From Saccharolobus islandicus REY15A (GTDB lineage Archaea > Thermoproteota > Thermoprotei_A > Sulfolobales > Sulfolobaceae), in NCBI RefSeq assembly GCF_000189555.1, contig NC_017276.1: 64,000 nt of DNA. One strand, given 5' to 3'. Below the pieces are notes generated by a model that was not told the DNA's origin, did no database searches, and worked only from the letters and a program-made list of their open reading frames with translations. Both the position numbers and the translations under genes were made by a program. Positions 62,825 to 64,000 of the stretch are shown in pieces; the first letter of the stretch is position 1, and each line of letters begins with the position of its first letter.

Positions 62825-64000
62825 ATGAATATTCTTCAAGAGTATTCTGTTCTAAATGCTAAAGTCATTATATATGAGGATAATGGAATTGGCTATTATA
62901 AAGTAAGCGAACCTAGCCTAGAGCAGAAGGAAATTGAACTACTTAATTCTATATTAGAGTATATTTATTCAACTCCTAGTATATCTAATATAGAAGAGAC
63001 AGTAGTCAAGATACTTAAGAATAAAGGTATTACTGATCAAGGTATTATTGAAAAAATGATCTATTATTTGAGAAAAAGGTTAGGTTATGATGAGCTAACT
63101 GTTCCCTTAGCAGATCCTTATGTTGAAGAAGTAGAATGCAAAGGATTCTCATACCCTGTAACTGTAGTTCATAGAATTGTTACGAGATTCCCAAGATTGT
63201 ATACCAATATAGTCTTTGAGCAAGAGGATCATGTTCTAAAGGTTATTGAAAAGCTTGCAAACAAGGCGGATAAGCCAGTCAGTATTGCCAAGCCATACCT
63301 TGAATTTTCCCTACCTGAGGGCCATAGAGTTGCTGCTACGGTATCTCGTGAGGTTTCATTACCTGGTTCTACATTTGATATAAGGAAATTTCCTTTAAAG
63401 CCAATAAGTCCTATATTATTGATTAAAAACGTATCGATAAGTTCGCTAATGTTAGCTTATATTTGGTTTTTATTGGATTATAAACCGTTCTTTTTAGTCA
63501 TAGGTTCTACCGGATCTGGAAAGACTACCTTACTTAACTCGATACTCAGTATGGTTAACCCTTTCTTTAAGGTAATTACGATTGAGGATACTCCAGAAAT
63601 AAACATAGTTCATGATAACTGGATAAGGTTTTTTGCTAGACAATCAATCTCTTCCCAATTTGAAGTATCGTTGATGGATTTAGCTAGACTATCATTAAGA
63701 TATAGGCCGGATTACTTAGTTATAGGTGAGATTCGAGGCAAGGAGATAGAGGCATTGGTTCATGCCTCAGCTTCTGGCCATGGTTCATTAGCCACATTTC
63801 ATGCAGGCAATCCACATGAGGCCCTAACCAGATTAATTAGTCTTTTAAATAAGGATGTTGCTAAATTGTTTTTACAAAATCTATGGGGGATTATAGTTTT
63901 AGGAACATTAAGAGATCGTAATGGGAATATAAGGCGCATTATAAGGTCGATTTATGAAATAGTTTACGTTAAAGGTAAACTAAGATTCAAGCCAGTGTTA
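62825..64000 (+). CDS. upsE: Type IV pilus assembly ATPase UpsE (VirB11/TadA family), 3' end beyond window
   Basis: Not in the track. MNILQEYSVL..., DIRKFP, GSTGSGKTT, TIEDTPE, RYRPDYLVIGEIRG, ATFHA; open to the edge. Confidence 0.88.
   Translation, partial: MNILQEYSVLNAKVIIYEDNGIGYYKVSEPSLEQKEIELLNSILEYIYSTPSISNIEETVVKILKNKGITDQGIIEKMIYYLRKRLGYDELTVPLADPYVEEVECKGFSYPVTVVHRIVTRFPRLYTNIVFEQEDHVLKVIEKLANKADKPVSIAKPYLEFSLPEGHRVAATVSREVSLPGSTFDIRKFPLKPISPILLIKNVSISSLMLAYIWFLLDYKPFFLVIGSTGSGKTTLLNSILSMVNPFFKVITIEDTPEINIVHDNWIRFFARQSISSQFEVSLMDLARLSLRYRPDYLVIGEIRGKEIEALVHASASGHGSLATFHAGNPHEALTRLISLLNKDVAKLFLQNLWGIIVLGTLRDRNGNIRRIIRSIYEIVYVKGKLRFKPVL

Overview
A low-GC crenarchaeal chromosomal window from the Sulfolobaceae, by protein similarity Saccharolobus islandicus or S. 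solfataricus-like. It is mostly conserved core genome: Rio2/Rqc2, PDO, dcd, DNA ligase, the heme operon (sirC-hemA-hemB-hemL-hemC-hemD), fen1, cdc48, EF-1beta, pth2, truD, aspS, rpl40e, rps8e, srp19, uppS, the lysYZM-lysWXJK cluster, cedB, phi, pibD, cimA, a UbiA prenyltransferase, an m5C methyltransferase and the start of the ups pilus operon. There are four tRNA genes: Cys with two introns, two intron-containing Lys and Val. The most interesting signals are non-coding. (1) A 24-bp repeat / 37-bp insert / 24-bp repeat with CRISPR geometry overlaps the 3' end of an ABC ATPase gene and is interrupted by a 210-bp MITE. (2) Two decayed IS110 copies have 3' non-coding ends with a conserved scaffold and variable guide-like segments, as in bridge RNAs. 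(3) A TnpB-less IS200/IS605 mini-element that keeps the omegaRNA-type end sits 25 nt upstream of tRNA-Val. (4) A C/D box sRNA, an H/ACA-like guide and a K-turn hairpin RNA with its own promoter were found by eye. (5) fen1 appears to start at an ATA codon. All calls were made by eye, with no database searches.
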